From positions 3,175 through 67,174 of the forward strand of contig DASXAM010000132.1 in NCBI GenBank assembly GCA_036404275.1: 64,000 nt of DNA, given 5' to 3'. Shown here piece after piece: positions 46,966 to 56,917 of this stretch (position 1 is the first letter of the stretch; the number at the start of each line of letters is the position of its first letter). The notes beneath the pieces were generated by a model that saw only the letters and a program-made list of their open reading frames with translations, did no database searches and had not been told where the DNA came from. The stretch comes from Stellaceae bacterium. GTDB lineage: Bacteria > Pseudomonadota > Alphaproteobacteria > ATCC43930 > CGMCC-115725. The translations under genes were made by a program, and so were the position numbers.

Positions 46966-49125
46966 ATGTCGCTGAAGATCAAGGTCGGGCCGCCGCTATT
47001 GACGATCAACCAGGGCGGCAGCCTCTTGGTCACCGATCTCGATGGCCAGATCCAATGGCCGAGCAAGGGCGGCTTTTTTGTCGGCGACACCCGGGTGATC
47101 AGCGCCTGGTCGCTCTGGGCGAATGGCGAGCCGTGGACCTTGTTGAACTCGGGCGCGATCACCTATTTCGCCGCTCAGGCGTTCATGACCAATCCCGGGA
47201 TCGTTACCGAGACCGGCAATATCGCAGATCGCACGCTGATGCTGCAGCTCGGCCGCTCGATCGACGAGGGCGGGCTGCACGAAGACATCGACATCACCAA
47301 TCACGGCACCGATGCGGTCAAGTTCAATCTCGAAATCGCGATGCGCAGTGATTTTGCCGATCTTCTCGAAGTCAAAAGCGGCCATCTCGTGCGCCGCGGC
47401 CGCATTACCACGGAATGGTCGGAGCGCGAGGCTAAGCTCGTCACGCGCTACCGCAACCGCGACTTTTTGCGCGAGGTCGAAATCGTGCGCCGGCGCAACA
47501 AATCTCCGTGCCTCTACGCCAACGGGCGCATCAGCTTCGAGGTCGCGATCGAGCCGGGAGCGACCTGGCATAGCTGTCTCGAATATTCCGTGACCGCCGG
47601 AAAGCGACGCTACCGCGCCCCCGAGGCGTGCATTGCCCATGCGCCCGGCTCGCAGCTCGGCGAGCCGCTCGAAAAATGGCGTCAGACGGTGCTTAAGCTG
47701 CATTCGAGCAATGAGGATTTCGAAAATCTTTTTTGCCAGGCGGTCGAGGACATGGCGGGCCTCCGCTTGCCGGTCGATGGCACCCACCACCTCGAATTCA
47801 CGCCGGCCGCCGGCATTCCGTGGTTTGTCGCGCTGTTCGGCCGCGACAGCCTGATCGCGGCGCTGCAAAACGCGCATGTCTATCCCGATTTCGCCCGCGG
47901 GGCGCTTGATGTCCTGGCGCGCTACCAGGCGAGCGAATGGGACGACCGGCGCGATGCCGAGCCCGGCAAGATCATGCACGAGCTGCGCACCGGCGAGCTC
48001 GCCCATTTCAAGGAAATCCCGCACACGCCCTATTACGGCACCGCCGATGCGACGCCGCTCTATTTGATCGTCTTGCACACGGCGTGGCGCTGCACCGGCG
48101 ACCGGCGGCTCATCGAGCGCCATCTCGGCACGGCCGAGCGCTGTCTCGACTGGATCGACCGCTTTGGCGACCGCGACGGCGACGGCTTTCAGGAATACCG
48201 GACGCGCTCGCCCGACGGGTACGAGAACCAGAGCTGGAAGGATGCCGGCGACGCCGTGCTCTACCCCGACGGCAGCCTGGTCAAAGGTCCAAAGGCGCTG
48301 TGCGAATTGCAGGGCTACGTTTATGACGCATGGCGGCGCATGGCCGAAATCTACGACGCGCTGGGGCAAGGCGGACGCGCCCGCGAATTGCGCGCCAAAG
48401 CAAAGACGCTGTACGAGCGGTTCAACGACGTGTTCTGGGACGAGGCGAGCGGTTTTTATGCCTATTGCCTCGACGGCGACAAAAGGCAGGTGCTGACCGT
48501 CGCCTCGAACCCCGGCCATTGCCTGTGGAGCCGGATCGTGCCGAAGGAGCGGGCGCGGCGGGTCGTCGAGCGCCTCCTGCAGCCCGACATGTGGAGCGGC
48601 TGGGGCGTGCGCACGCTGTCGCGCGACCACCCGGCCTACAATCCGCTCTCCTACCAGAACGGGTCGGTCTGGCCGCACGACAACGGCATCATCGCGATCG
48701 GCTTCAAGCAATACGGCTTTGCCGAGGAGGCGGCCAAGGTGGCGCGTGCGGTGACCGAAGCCGGCAGCTATTTCGCGCTCTACCAGATGCCCGAGCTCTA
48801 TGCCGGGCTCGAGCGCGAGGACTCCAACTTCCCGGTGCAATACCCCGACGCGAATGTGCCGCAGGCCTGGGCTGCGGGGTCGGTTTTTTCGCTGCTCCAG
48901 GCGCTTTTGGGCTTCGATCCCGACGCCCCCAACGGCAAGCTCTACATCGACCCCACCCTGCCCGATTGGCTTCCCGACCTCGAATTGACCGATCTGCGCC
49001 TCGGCAAACATGTCTTCGACATGCGATTCCGGCGTGACGGCGCCGAGACGCGATTTGAGGTGACCAGAGGCAATGCCGGGGTCATCGAAACGCGCGCTCT
49101 GGCGAGCGGCCTCACCGGCAAATAA
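46966..49125 (+). CDS. Amylo-alpha-1,6-glucosidase / glycogen debranching enzyme-like protein
   Basis: 719 aa. N-terminal GDE_N-like domain (FFVGDTRVIS) and C-terminal (alpha/alpha)6 domain (...YYGTADATPLY...SWKDAGDA...). Confidence 0.85.
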   Translation: MSLKIKVGPPLLTINQGGSLLVTDLDGQIQWPSKGGFFVGDTRVISAWSLWANGEPWTLLNSGAITYFAAQAFMTNPGIVTETGNIADRTLMLQLGRSIDEGGLHEDIDITNHGTDAVKFNLEIAMRSDFADLLEVKSGHLVRRGRITTEWSEREAKLVTRYRNRDFLREVEIVRRRNKSPCLYANGRISFEVAIEPGATWHSCLEYSVTAGKRRYRAPEACIAHAPGSQLGEPLEKWRQTVLKLHSSNEDFENLFCQAVEDMAGLRLPVDGTHHLEFTPAAGIPWFVALFGRDSLIAALQNAHVYPDFARGALDVLARYQASEWDDRRDAEPGKIMHELRTGELAHFKEIPHTPYYGTADATPLYLIVLHTAWRCTGDRRLIERHLGTAERCLDWIDRFGDRDGDGFQEYRTRSPDGYENQSWKDAGDAVLYPDGSLVKGPKALCELQGYVYDAWRRMAEIYDALGQGGRARELRAKAKTLYERFNDVFWDEASGFYAYCLDGDKRQVLTVASNPGHCLWSRIVPKERARRVVERLLQPDMWSGWGVRTLSRDHPAYNPLSYQNGSVWPHDNGIIAIGFKQYGFAEEAAKVARAVTEAGSYFALYQMPELYAGLEREDSNFPVQYPDANVPQAWAAGSVFSLLQALLGFDPDAPNGKLYIDPTLPDWLPDLELTDLRLGKHVFDMRFRRDGAETRFEVTRGNAGVIETRALASGLTGK

Positions 49126-49136
49126 GCTGCGCGTCC

Positions 49137-49520
49137 ATGAAACAGATCGCGCTCGGCGCCAAGGGCGCCTTTACGCTGCTGGTGCAGCCGGAGCATTTGG
49201 CGAACCGGTTCAAGGACGCGACCTTGCCGCCGGTGCTGGCGACGCCGGTCATGATCATGGTCATGGAGAATGCGGCGCTGAACGCGATCCGCGAATTTCT
49301 CGAGCCCGGCGAGAGCGCGGTCGGCACCGCAGTCGATGTCCGCCATCTCGCGGCGACGCCGGCGGGGCGGCTCGTCACCGGCGAGGCCGAAGTCACCGGG
49401 GCCGAGGGGCGCCGCGTCGAATTTGTGGTCCGAGCACACGAGGGCGACAAGGAGATCGGCGCCGGCACGCATCGGAGGGTGGTTATCGACGTCGCGCAGT
49501 TCACCGCGCGGATGCGCTAG
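49137..49520 (+). CDS. Hotdog-fold thioesterase (FlK-like)
   Basis: 127 aa. ...VLATPVMIMVMENAA...AVGTAVDVRHLAATP... Confidence 0.7.
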   Translation: MKQIALGAKGAFTLLVQPEHLANRFKDATLPPVLATPVMIMVMENAALNAIREFLEPGESAVGTAVDVRHLAATPAGRLVTGEAEVTGAEGRRVEFVVRAHEGDKEIGAGTHRRVVIDVAQFTARMR

Positions 49521-49570
49521 AACATGGACCTTTCAAGTGTGGTCATTTGTTCTCGTCACCCCGCACTTTC

Positions 49571-49652
49571 TTCGTCACCCCCGCGAAAGCGGGGGTCCAG
49601 AGCCTGCCCCTGGCATAACCAGGGGGCGCGCGAATTCCCGCTTTCGCGGGAA
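49571..49652. repeat. REP/BIME-like cluster of three GC-rich hairpins
   Basis: CCCCCGC-GAAA-GCGGGGG (49578-49595), CCCCTGG-CATAA-CCAGGGG (49607-49625) and TTCCCGC-TTTC-GCGGGAA (49635-49652). The first and third are inverted copies of one motif. Confidence 0.7.
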
Positions 49653-49729
49653 CGACGAATCGGAGCGGACGCGATTAGATCTGATCGGATCATGCGCTAA
49701 GATCGCTCATCCGCTCGCCGGGGGGCCGA

Positions 49730-51040
49730 ATGCGCGCTCACATCGCTGCTGTCCTGGCCGTCGCGATTGGCGCTTTTGCCGCCGGTCCGGCCCGTGCCGA
49801 GGACGCGCTCGCCGCGGCCGAGGCGAGCAACATGCAGATCATCGGGCGCAGCGACCTGAATGGTGCGGGCAAAGGCGGCGAGGGGCTGGCGCTGAAGCGA
49901 TACCCGGACGGCGAGCGGGTGCTCTACCTAGCGCATGAATCGGCGCCGATGTGCTTTACCGCGATCGACGTGACCAAGCCGGAAATGCCGAAAATCGTCG
50001 CCCAGATCCCGGTCGAGGCCGATTTTGTGCGCTGCAATTCGCTCGGCCTCGCCGGCGACACGCTGGTTGTCGCGCACCAGACCGAGAAGCAGGGCCAGCC
50101 TTATGCCGGCATCGATATCTACGGCATCGCCGACCCGGCGCGCCCGAAAAAGCTCGCGCATTTCGACACCTCGGGCCCGCATTCGCGCGGTGTCCATTTT
50201 GTCTGGTTTGTCGATGGGCATTACGCCTATCTCTCGACCGGCGCGCGCAATTTTGTGCCGCGCGACCCGAAGGACGACCAGTTTCTGATGATCGTCGATG
50301 TCTCCGACCCGGCGCAGCCGCACGAGACCGGCCGCTGGTGGCTGCCGGGCACGCGCGTCGGCGACGCCGCCGCCTCGCCGCCCAGGGTCGAAACGCGCGA
50401 CGCCGGCATCCGCATGCACTCGCTGACCGTCCCGGCGGATCAGCCGAACCGCGCCTATGTCGGCTGGATCGACGGCGGCTGGGTGATCCTCGACATTTCC
50501 GACAAAGCCCGGCCGCGCGCCATTGCTCACCGCTCCTGGCAATCGCTCGACCAGGGCTTCGCGCACACCGTGCTGGCGATCCCGTCGCGGCATATCGCAA
50601 TCCAGAGCGAGGAGGCGGTCGGGCAGAATTGCGCCGACTGGCCAAAGCGCAATTGGGTATGGGACATCGCGAACGAGCGCCATCCCTATCCGCTGGCCGC
50701 GTTTCCGCCGGTGCACGACCAGGCTGCATTGTGCAAGGCCGGCGGCCGGTTCGGCGCGCACAATATCGACATGAACCGGCCGATCGCCACCTCGCGCACG
50801 CTCGTCAACACGGTGGTCGGCAGCTATTTCAACGGCGGCGCGCGCGCCTATTCGATCGCCGACCCTTCGCATCCCGCGGAAATCGGCTATGTGGTGCCGC
50901 AGGCGCCGCCCGGCAATTCGACCCATACGATCCAGATCAACGACGTCTATGTCGATGAGAACGGGCTGATCTACGCCAACGACCGCTTCACCGGCGGCCT
51001 CTACATCATCCGCTATACCGGCAAGGTGCCGCTCGACTGA
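49730..51040 (+). CDS. Secreted beta-propeller protein (LVIVD-repeat-like)
   Basis: Signal peptide MRAHIAAVLAVAIGAFAAGPARA. Repeated ...L.V.D.SDP..P... blades. Confidence 0.6.
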   Translation: MRAHIAAVLAVAIGAFAAGPARAEDALAAAEASNMQIIGRSDLNGAGKGGEGLALKRYPDGERVLYLAHESAPMCFTAIDVTKPEMPKIVAQIPVEADFVRCNSLGLAGDTLVVAHQTEKQGQPYAGIDIYGIADPARPKKLAHFDTSGPHSRGVHFVWFVDGHYAYLSTGARNFVPRDPKDDQFLMIVDVSDPAQPHETGRWWLPGTRVGDAAASPPRVETRDAGIRMHSLTVPADQPNRAYVGWIDGGWVILDISDKARPRAIAHRSWQSLDQGFAHTVLAIPSRHIAIQSEEAVGQNCADWPKRNWVWDIANERHPYPLAAFPPVHDQAALCKAGGRFGAHNIDMNRPIATSRTLVNTVVGSYFNGGARAYSIADPSHPAEIGYVVPQAPPGNSTHTIQINDVYVDENGLIYANDRFTGGLYIIRYTGKVPLD

Positions 51041-51888
51041 TGACCGACAGCGCCGATATCGACGCCTATTGCGCCCGCATCGGCTATTCGGGTGCACGCG
51101 AGCCGTGCCTTGCCGTGTTGCAGGCGCTGGTCGCGGCGCACACGGTGGCGATCCCGTTCGAAAACCTCGACGTTTTGCTCAAGCGGCCGATCCGGCTCGA
51201 CCGGCCGTCGCTTTATCGAAAGCTCGTGCGCGAACGGCGCGGCGGCTATTGCTTCGAGCACAATCTGCTGCTGCTCGACGTGCTGACCCGGTTCGGCTTT
51301 CGCGCGGTGGGGCTCGCCGCGCGAGTGCAATGGGGCCGCGCGCCGGGCGCTGTCGGGCCGCGCACCCATATGCTGCTGCGCGTCGATCTCCCCGATAGCC
51401 TATACCTCGCCGATGTCGGCTTTGGCGGGCTGACACCGACAGCACCTTTGGCGCTGGCACCGGGACCCGAGCAGGCGACGCCGCACGAAACCTTTCGGTT
51501 GGTCGCGGCCGAGGGTGAGTTCGACCTCGAAGCGCGGCTCGGCGGTGCTTGGGCGAGCCTCTATCGGTTTTCCTTGCAGCCGCAATTCCCGGTCGATTAC
51601 GAGGTCGCGAACTGGTTCACCTCGACCCATCCCGCTTCGCTTTTCGTCAACCACCTGATCGCGAGCCGTGCCACGGCTGGGCGGCGCCACGCCTTGTTCA
51701 ACAACCGGTACACGGTTCGTGGCCGTGATGGCGGTATCGAGCGCAAGGTGCTGCCGGACGCTGCGGCGTTGCACAGCATTCTCGACCGCGAGTTTGGCAT
51801 AGCGATGCCGGAACCAGACATTGCGGCGATTGCCGCCCTCGCCGAAGCCAACGCCGCGCAACCGAGCCCGTTCGACGGCGGCCAATGA
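51040..51888 (+). CDS. Arylamine N-acetyltransferase
   Basis: ...IPFENLDVLL...RGGYCFEHN... catalytic Cys motif. The ATG overlaps the upstream stop by 1 nt (TGATG). Confidence 0.9.
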   Translation: MTDSADIDAYCARIGYSGAREPCLAVLQALVAAHTVAIPFENLDVLLKRPIRLDRPSLYRKLVRERRGGYCFEHNLLLLDVLTRFGFRAVGLAARVQWGRAPGAVGPRTHMLLRVDLPDSLYLADVGFGGLTPTAPLALAPGPEQATPHETFRLVAAEGEFDLEARLGGAWASLYRFSLQPQFPVDYEVANWFTSTHPASLFVNHLIASRATAGRRHALFNNRYTVRGRDGGIERKVLPDAAALHSILDREFGIAMPEPDIAAIAALAEANAAQPSPFDGGQ

Positions 51889-51941
51889 GCCTCACGCTCA
51901 GTTGAACCGCAGCCTATGCCAATGGCGGTAAGCTTCGCGGT

Positions 51942-52652
51942 ATGAACAAAGCCCAGACGCTGGCGGCCTCGCTCTGCCTTGCTTTTGCCGCCATGCCGGC
52001 AGCGGCGGCCGGCCGACCCATCGTGGTCGAACTGTTTACCTCGGAGGGCTGCTCGTCCTGCCCGCCGGCGGACGCACTGCTTGCCGAGCTGGTAAAGCGC
52101 CCGGATGTGCTCGCACTGTCGTTTCATGTCGATTATTGGGACCGGCTCGGCTGGAAGGACCCGTTTTCGAGTGCCGCGGCAACCGCACGGCAACGCGACT
52201 ATGCCGCGCTCCTCGGCCTCGGCTCGGGTTACACCCCGCAGATCGTCGTCGATGGCCGCTGGCAGGCGGTCGGCTCGGACCGCGGCGAGGTCGCTGATGC
52301 GCTCTCCGCAGCCAAGCATCCGCTCGATGCAGTGTCGATTGCCCTGACGGTCGCCGGCGGCCGCGCGCGAGTCGAGCTGGGTGCCGCCGCCGGCGCACTC
52401 CCTGCCGAGGTGGTGCTGATCGGCTTTGACCGGCGGCACACCGACGTAGTCCGGGGCGGCGAAAACGACGGGCGCACGCTGACCCATGTCGATGTCGTGC
52501 GCGGCTTTGCCAAAATCGGCCGGTTCGACGGCACAGCGGCGGCGATCCAGGCGAAAGTGCCGTGGCCGGCCGACCGCGTCGCCGCGATCGTTCAGGCCAA
52601 GGACGGCCGGATTCTCGGGGTCGCGATCGCCGACGCCGCCCCGGCCTCCTGA
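51942..52652 (+). CDS. DUF1223 domain protein (thioredoxin-like, secreted)
   Basis: Signal peptide, then VVELFTSEGCSSCPPAD...SFHVDYWD... Confidence 0.85.
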   Translation: MNKAQTLAASLCLAFAAMPAAAAGRPIVVELFTSEGCSSCPPADALLAELVKRPDVLALSFHVDYWDRLGWKDPFSSAAATARQRDYAALLGLGSGYTPQIVVDGRWQAVGSDRGEVADALSAAKHPLDAVSIALTVAGGRARVELGAAAGALPAEVVLIGFDRRHTDVVRGGENDGRTLTHVDVVRGFAKIGRFDGTAAAIQAKVPWPADRVAAIVQAKDGRILGVAIADAAPAS

Positions 52653-52721
52653 GGCAAAGGCGTCGTCGACACCGCAGCCGTGCTAACCTCCACCCACCCG
52701 AATAGGCCGGAGGGCTGCCTT

Positions 52722-53099
52722 ATGAAAATCGAGCGCCTCGATCACCTGGTCCTGACCGTCGCCGATATCGGGCGCACTTGCGACTTTTACACCCGCGTTT
52801 TAGGGATGGAGGTGGTCACCTTTGGCGAGGGTCGCACCGCGCTCAGATTCGGCCAGCAAAAGATCAATTTGCACCCGGCCGACAACATCCCCGGTCTTGT
52901 CGCCGACAAACCGACCCCGGGCTCGGGCGACCTGTGCTTTATCACTAATACACCGCTCGCCGAGGTGACCGCTCATATCGCGCAATGCGGCGTGCCGATC
53001 GTCGCCGGACCAGGCCCACGCGCCGGCGCCGTCGGCACGATCCAGTCGGTCTATATTCGCGACCCCGATCAGAATTTGATCGAAATTTCGAACTATTGA
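52722..53099 (+). CDS. VOC (glyoxalase/bleomycin-resistance/dioxygenase) family protein
   Basis: GGAGGG RBS. MKIERLDHLVLTVADIGRTCDFYTRVLGM... Confidence 0.85.
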   Translation: MKIERLDHLVLTVADIGRTCDFYTRVLGMEVVTFGEGRTALRFGQQKINLHPADNIPGLVADKPTPGSGDLCFITNTPLAEVTAHIAQCGVPIVAGPGPRAGAVGTIQSVYIRDPDQNLIEISNY

Positions 53100-53140
53100 G
53101 CCTATCGGTCGGCTGTCGAAGAGCAAAGGCGCTGCGTTCG

Positions 53141-53545
53141 GTGGTTATCGACACCTTGCGGATGGCGAAACGGCTGCGTGAAGCGGGTTTCAGCGACCCG
53201 CCGGCGGAAGCGGTGATCACGACCGTTCAGGAGTCGGCCGAGGGCACCGACCTCGCCACCAAACACGATCTCGCTGAGGCGATAGCCGTGCTCAAAGCCG
53301 ACATCGCCGAGCTGCGCGCCAGATTCAAAGCCGACATCGCCGAGCTGCGCGCCGAGCTCAGAGGCGAGAACGCCGCCGTGCGGGCGGAGGGGCGCGAGGC
53401 AGAGCTGCGACTCGAAGCCCGGATGCAAGCCCTAAATTCGCAGCTCATCACTCGAGTGTTCGGCATGATCCTGAGCGCCGTCGTGATCAACATCGTCGCG
53501 ATTGTCGGGGCGGTGTTCGGCGTGGCCAAGCTGCTGGGGCACTAA
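53141..53545 (+). CDS. DUF1640-like tail-anchored coiled-coil protein
   Basis: ...DTLRMAKRLREAGFSDPPAEAV...coiled coil...C-terminal TM VFGMILSAVVINIVAIVGAVFGVAKLL. The start is GTG 53141 or ATG 53162. Confidence 0.65.
   Translation: MVIDTLRMAKRLREAGFSDPPAEAVITTVQESAEGTDLATKHDLAEAIAVLKADIAELRARFKADIAELRAELRGENAAVRAEGREAELRLEARMQALNSQLITRVFGMILSAVVINIVAIVGAVFGVAKLLGH
53294..53353 (+). repeat. In-frame tandem duplication (period 33 bp; the 27-bp core AAAGCCGACATCGCCGAGCTGCGCGCC occurs twice)
   Basis: Copies at 53294-53320 and 53327-53353 are identical. They encode KADIAELRA twice. Confidence 0.85.
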
Positions 53546-53559
53546 GCGCTGGAAGTCCG

Positions 53560-54234
53560 TCATTCGTCGGTCGAGGCGGCGAGGATCAGGCTCAATTGGC
53601 ACAAGGGCCGGCCGGTTTCCGCGGCCCATGCGTTGAAATGCGTCTGGACCGCGGCGCGGTCGGCGCGGTTTTTTGGCGGGGCGGCGATCGCACCCCAGTG
53701 CTTCAGCGCGCCGACTACCGCAGGGGTCAGGATGAAGGTGTCCTTGCCGACCATGCGCAAAAAGGTCGGGCCGGAATTGCCGCCCATCTGGTTGAACCGT
53801 TTCGCCAGCGCCTCCCACAGCCCGGTGATGTCGGTCGCGGGCCAATCGGCGAGCCACGCGCCAAACCCGCCATGCTCCTCGGCGATAGCGAGCATCGCCG
53901 CCGCATTGTCGCGCACCGATTTCAATTTGCCCCAATGGCGGATGAGCCGCTTGTCGGCGAGCAGTGCTTCGAGCGCCTCGTCCGGCATCGCCCGCACCCG
54001 GCGCGGCTCGAAACCCTCGAACACCTCCTCGAAGGCCGGCCATTTGGCATCGACGAGGCTGTGCTTGAGCCCGGCGCGGAATATCCGCAGCGACATCTGC
54101 GACAGATAACGGTTGTCGCCGAGCGCGCGCAGCTCGTCGGAGGTGCGTGACTGCGGCAGCCGCGCCTCGAGCGCCGCAGCCCCGTGCCGCGCCTGCGCCG
54201 CTTCGAGGATCGGGCCGAACGGGAGCGCCGGCAT
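53560..54234 (-). CDS. DNA-3-methyladenine glycosylase I (Tag)-like HhH protein
   Basis: ...RIFRAGLKHSLVDAKWPAFEEVFEGFEPRRVRAM.DEALEALLADKRLIRHWGKLKSVRDNA... aligns by eye with the Tag core. The ATG shares one base with the upstream stop (TGATG). Confidence 0.65.
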   Translation of the reverse strand: MPALPFGPILEAAQARHGAAALEARLPQSRTSDELRALGDNRYLSQMSLRIFRAGLKHSLVDAKWPAFEEVFEGFEPRRVRAMPDEALEALLADKRLIRHWGKLKSVRDNAAAMLAIAEEHGGFGAWLADWPATDITGLWEALAKRFNQMGGNSGPTFLRMVGKDTFILTPAVVGALKHWGAIAAPPKNRADRAAVQTHFNAWAAETGRPLCQLSLILAASTDE

Positions 54235-55187
54235 CAGCCGCTCCCCGCCTTGAGCCGCGGGATGATCTCGCGGGCGATGATCTCGACCTGCGCGGGCTCG
54301 TAGCGATAGGGGATGAAGATCAGCTTTTGCACACCGGCGGCGAGCTGGGCGCGCAATTGCGCGACGCATTCATCGGCCGTGCCGATCACCGCTGAATCCT
54401 TGGTCGATTGGCTCCAGGCGGCGTAATCCCATTCCTGGCCGAGCCATTCCATCATCCCCGGCTCGACCGCCGCGCGCGACGCGCCGACGCGGATCGCCAG
54501 CTGGTTTGCATTGAGCAGAGCGGCCGGGTCCTTTCCCGCTTCTTGTGCAAAACCGCGGACTTTGGCCCAGGATTGGGTAAAGCCTTCCGGCGTGTAGAAA
54601 TAGGTGAGCCAGCCGCCGTTCAGCGCCGCGCGCTGCAATACCCGGTCGACATAACCGCCGATCAAGATCGTCGGCAGACGCGCGGGCTTGGGCGCCATGT
54701 TCGAGCCGCGCATGACATGCGGCGGGTATTCGCCATTGACCTGGTCCTCGGTCCACAACCGGCGCAGAATTTCGAGGTTGCGTTCCATGATCCGACCGCG
54801 CCGGTCGAACGGCACGCCGACCGCATCGAACTCGCGCTTGTACCAGCCCGAGGCCATGCCGAGGAGCAGACGGCCGCCGGCGATCAACTCCAGGCTCGCC
54901 AATTCCTTGGCCAAGACCACCGGATTGCGCAACGGCAGCACCAGGACGCCGGTGCCGAGCTTGATCCGGTTCGTGCGTGCCGCTACCGCGGCGAGGAGCG
55001 TCAACGGCTCGATGATCGGAAACGGCGGATCGACGCCGAGCAGAATGTGGTCCCACACCCAGACCGAATCGAACCCCAGCGCCTCGGCCTTGACCGCGTA
55101 ATCGATCAAGGTCCGCGGGTCGGGCACCTCCGGCCAGGTCGTAAAATTGCGCATCGCCAAGCCGAAGGTATTGGTGAAGGCTGTCAT
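54234..55187 (-). CDS. LLM-class flavin- or F420-dependent oxidoreductase
   Basis: ...ALGFDSVWVWDHIL...IKLGTGVLVLPLRNPVVLAKELASL... luciferase-like pattern. Confidence 0.85.
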   Translation of the reverse strand: MTAFTNTFGLAMRNFTTWPEVPDPRTLIDYAVKAEALGFDSVWVWDHILLGVDPPFPIIEPLTLLAAVAARTNRIKLGTGVLVLPLRNPVVLAKELASLELIAGGRLLLGMASGWYKREFDAVGVPFDRRGRIMERNLEILRRLWTEDQVNGEYPPHVMRGSNMAPKPARLPTILIGGYVDRVLQRAALNGGWLTYFYTPEGFTQSWAKVRGFAQEAGKDPAALLNANQLAIRVGASRAAVEPGMMEWLGQEWDYAAWSQSTKDSAVIGTADECVAQLRAQLAAGVQKLIFIPYRYEPAQVEIIAREIIPRLKAGSG

Positions 55188-55200
55188 CTGGGCGCGCTCG

Positions 55201-55974
55201 TCAGGCGGTATAGACCCGGTCGGGGTCGAGACGGCGAAGCACCGCAAGCTCGTGCTCGCTCGGCGGGTCGGTGGGGCGGAGGCCGGGTGCGGCGGTCAGC
55301 GCGAAGCCGGTATTGGCCTCTATCTCCTCGATCGTGACGCCGGGGTGCAGGGCCAGTACCGTCATCCGCTTTGACGCCTCGTCGAAACCCAGAAGGGCGA
55401 GGTCGGTCACCACGCGGAACATGCCGCCCGCGGTGAGCCCGGAAGTGTGCCGGCTGTCGCCGCCGGAGAGAAAGCCCGGGCTCGTCACAAAATCGACCCG
55501 TTCGACAAAGCGCCGCTTCTCGTGCTTCATCGCCACGATCATCCGGGTCAGGCTGGCGATGTCGTTGCCGCCGCCGGTGCCGGGCAGCCGGGTCGTCGGG
55601 CGCTGCGGGCTGCCGATAAACGAGCTGTTCAGATTGCCATGCTGGTCGATCTGGGCGCCGCCCATAAAGCCGACATCGACATAGCCGCGCTGCAGCAGCA
55701 ACAGCACATCGGTGCTGGACAGCACCATGTTGGCGCGCCGGCAGCAGCGCTGCTCGTTGGTCGAAGGCGGCAGTTTGCCGGGCTCGATATGGGGGCCGAT
55801 CGTGCCGCCTTCGAACAGGATCGTCAGGCCGGGCGCGTGCAGCCGCTGCGCCAGAGTTGCCGCCAAAAGCGGGATGCCGACGCCGGCGAAGACGATCTCG
55901 CCATCGCGCAGCAGGCGTGCGCTCATCACCGCCAGCAGCTCGCCGGCGGAGTAGGGGAGGGCATCAGTCGTCAT
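55201..55974 (-). CDS. CoA-transferase subunit B (glutaconate / 3-oxoacid CoA-transferase-like)
   Basis: ...FAGVGIPLLAATLAQ...GGAQIDQHGNLNSS...GTGGGNDIAS... Confidence 0.85.
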   Translation of the reverse strand: MTTDALPYSAGELLAVMSARLLRDGEIVFAGVGIPLLAATLAQRLHAPGLTILFEGGTIGPHIEPGKLPPSTNEQRCCRRANMVLSSTDVLLLLQRGYVDVGFMGGAQIDQHGNLNSSFIGSPQRPTTRLPGTGGGNDIASLTRMIVAMKHEKRRFVERVDFVTSPGFLSGGDSRHTSGLTAGGMFRVVTDLALLGFDEASKRMTVLALHPGVTIEEIEANTGFALTAAPGLRPTDPPSEHELAVLRRLDPDRVYTA

Positions 55975-56917
55975 GGATGCTTTGCCCCCGACGGGCGGCG
56001 TCGAGCAATTCGGCGAGGCTGAGCCGGTCGAGGTATTCGGTCCAGGATCGGGGCTCGTAGAAATATTTGTCGAGGTATTCTCGCATGGCGGCTTCGGGGT
56101 CGTGCCGCAGCGAGGCGGCGTAGCGGTCGAGATGCGCGAACATCGGCTCGTAGAGGCCGTAGCATTCGTGCGGGGCGGCGCCGAACGGCGCCTCGACCAC
56201 CGCGTCCACCGCGAAAAAAGGGATTTTCGTCTGGTCGGGCGTGCGGCGGATCTGGTCGTTCGAGACGATCCGCTCGGCGCTGAGGATTACCCGGTTTGCC
56301 GCCATCGCCAGATCGAGATCCATAAACGGCAGCCCATCGATCTGGGCGTTGCCGTAGGCGTCGCAGCGCTGGACATGGATCAGCGCCACATCGGGGTTGA
56401 GCGCCGGCACCAGCGCCAGCTTTTCGCCGGTAAACGGGCAGTCGATCACGCGCGCGTCGGGGAGCTGTGCCAACACGTCCGAACCCAGCATCGAGCGCAT
56501 CGGTAAAAACGGCACGCCCATCGCACCGGCGCGAAAGCGCAGCCCCATCGCCAGATGGCTCCATTCCTCGAAGCGGGCGCGGCCGGTCTCGGTATAGGCG
56601 CGCATGATCCGCGACACGCCCCAGACGATCCCCAGGCTGAACCAGCTCGTCACCAGGTGGCGGCTGGCCCCGGCAGCAAACAGCAATTCGCCCTCGTTCG
56701 AGCTGATGCCGCGGGCGCAGACGAGATCGCGGCGGCCGGCACGGATCAGCGCCCAGACCAGCGCCAAGGGTGTGCGCGAGAGCGTGCTGCCGCCGATCCC
56801 GACCATGGCGCCGTCGGGCACCAGCGCCGCCGCCTCGGCGAGCGACATCACCTTCTCGCGCAGGCTCCGGTCGCGCTCTCGCGTGCGCCGGCAGAGCTCG
56901 TCATAGGCGAGAGTCAC
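55964..56917 (-). CDS. CoA-transferase subunit A (GctA-like)
   Basis: ...[21 protein letters not shown]...[13 protein letters not shown]...; it overlaps subunit B by 11 nt. Confidence 0.85.
   Translation of the reverse strand: MTLAYDELCRRTRERDRSLREKVMSLAEAAALVPDGAMVGIGGSTLSRTPLALVWALIRAGRRDLVCARGISSNEGELLFAAGASRHLVTSWFSLGIVWGVSRIMRAYTETGRARFEEWSHLAMGLRFRAGAMGVPFLPMRSMLGSDVLAQLPDARVIDCPFTGEKLALVPALNPDVALIHVQRCDAYGNAQIDGLPFMDLDLAMAANRVILSAERIVSNDQIRRTPDQTKIPFFAVDAVVEAPFGAAPHECYGLYEPMFAHLDRYAASLRHDPEAAMREYLDKYFYEPRSWTEYLDRLSLAELLDAARRGQSIHDD

Noticed and set aside
46996-49011. 671-aa minus-strand ORF
   Set aside because: It is antisense to the glycogen-debranching-like gene. It has no recognisable motifs and an Arg/Ala-rich composition.
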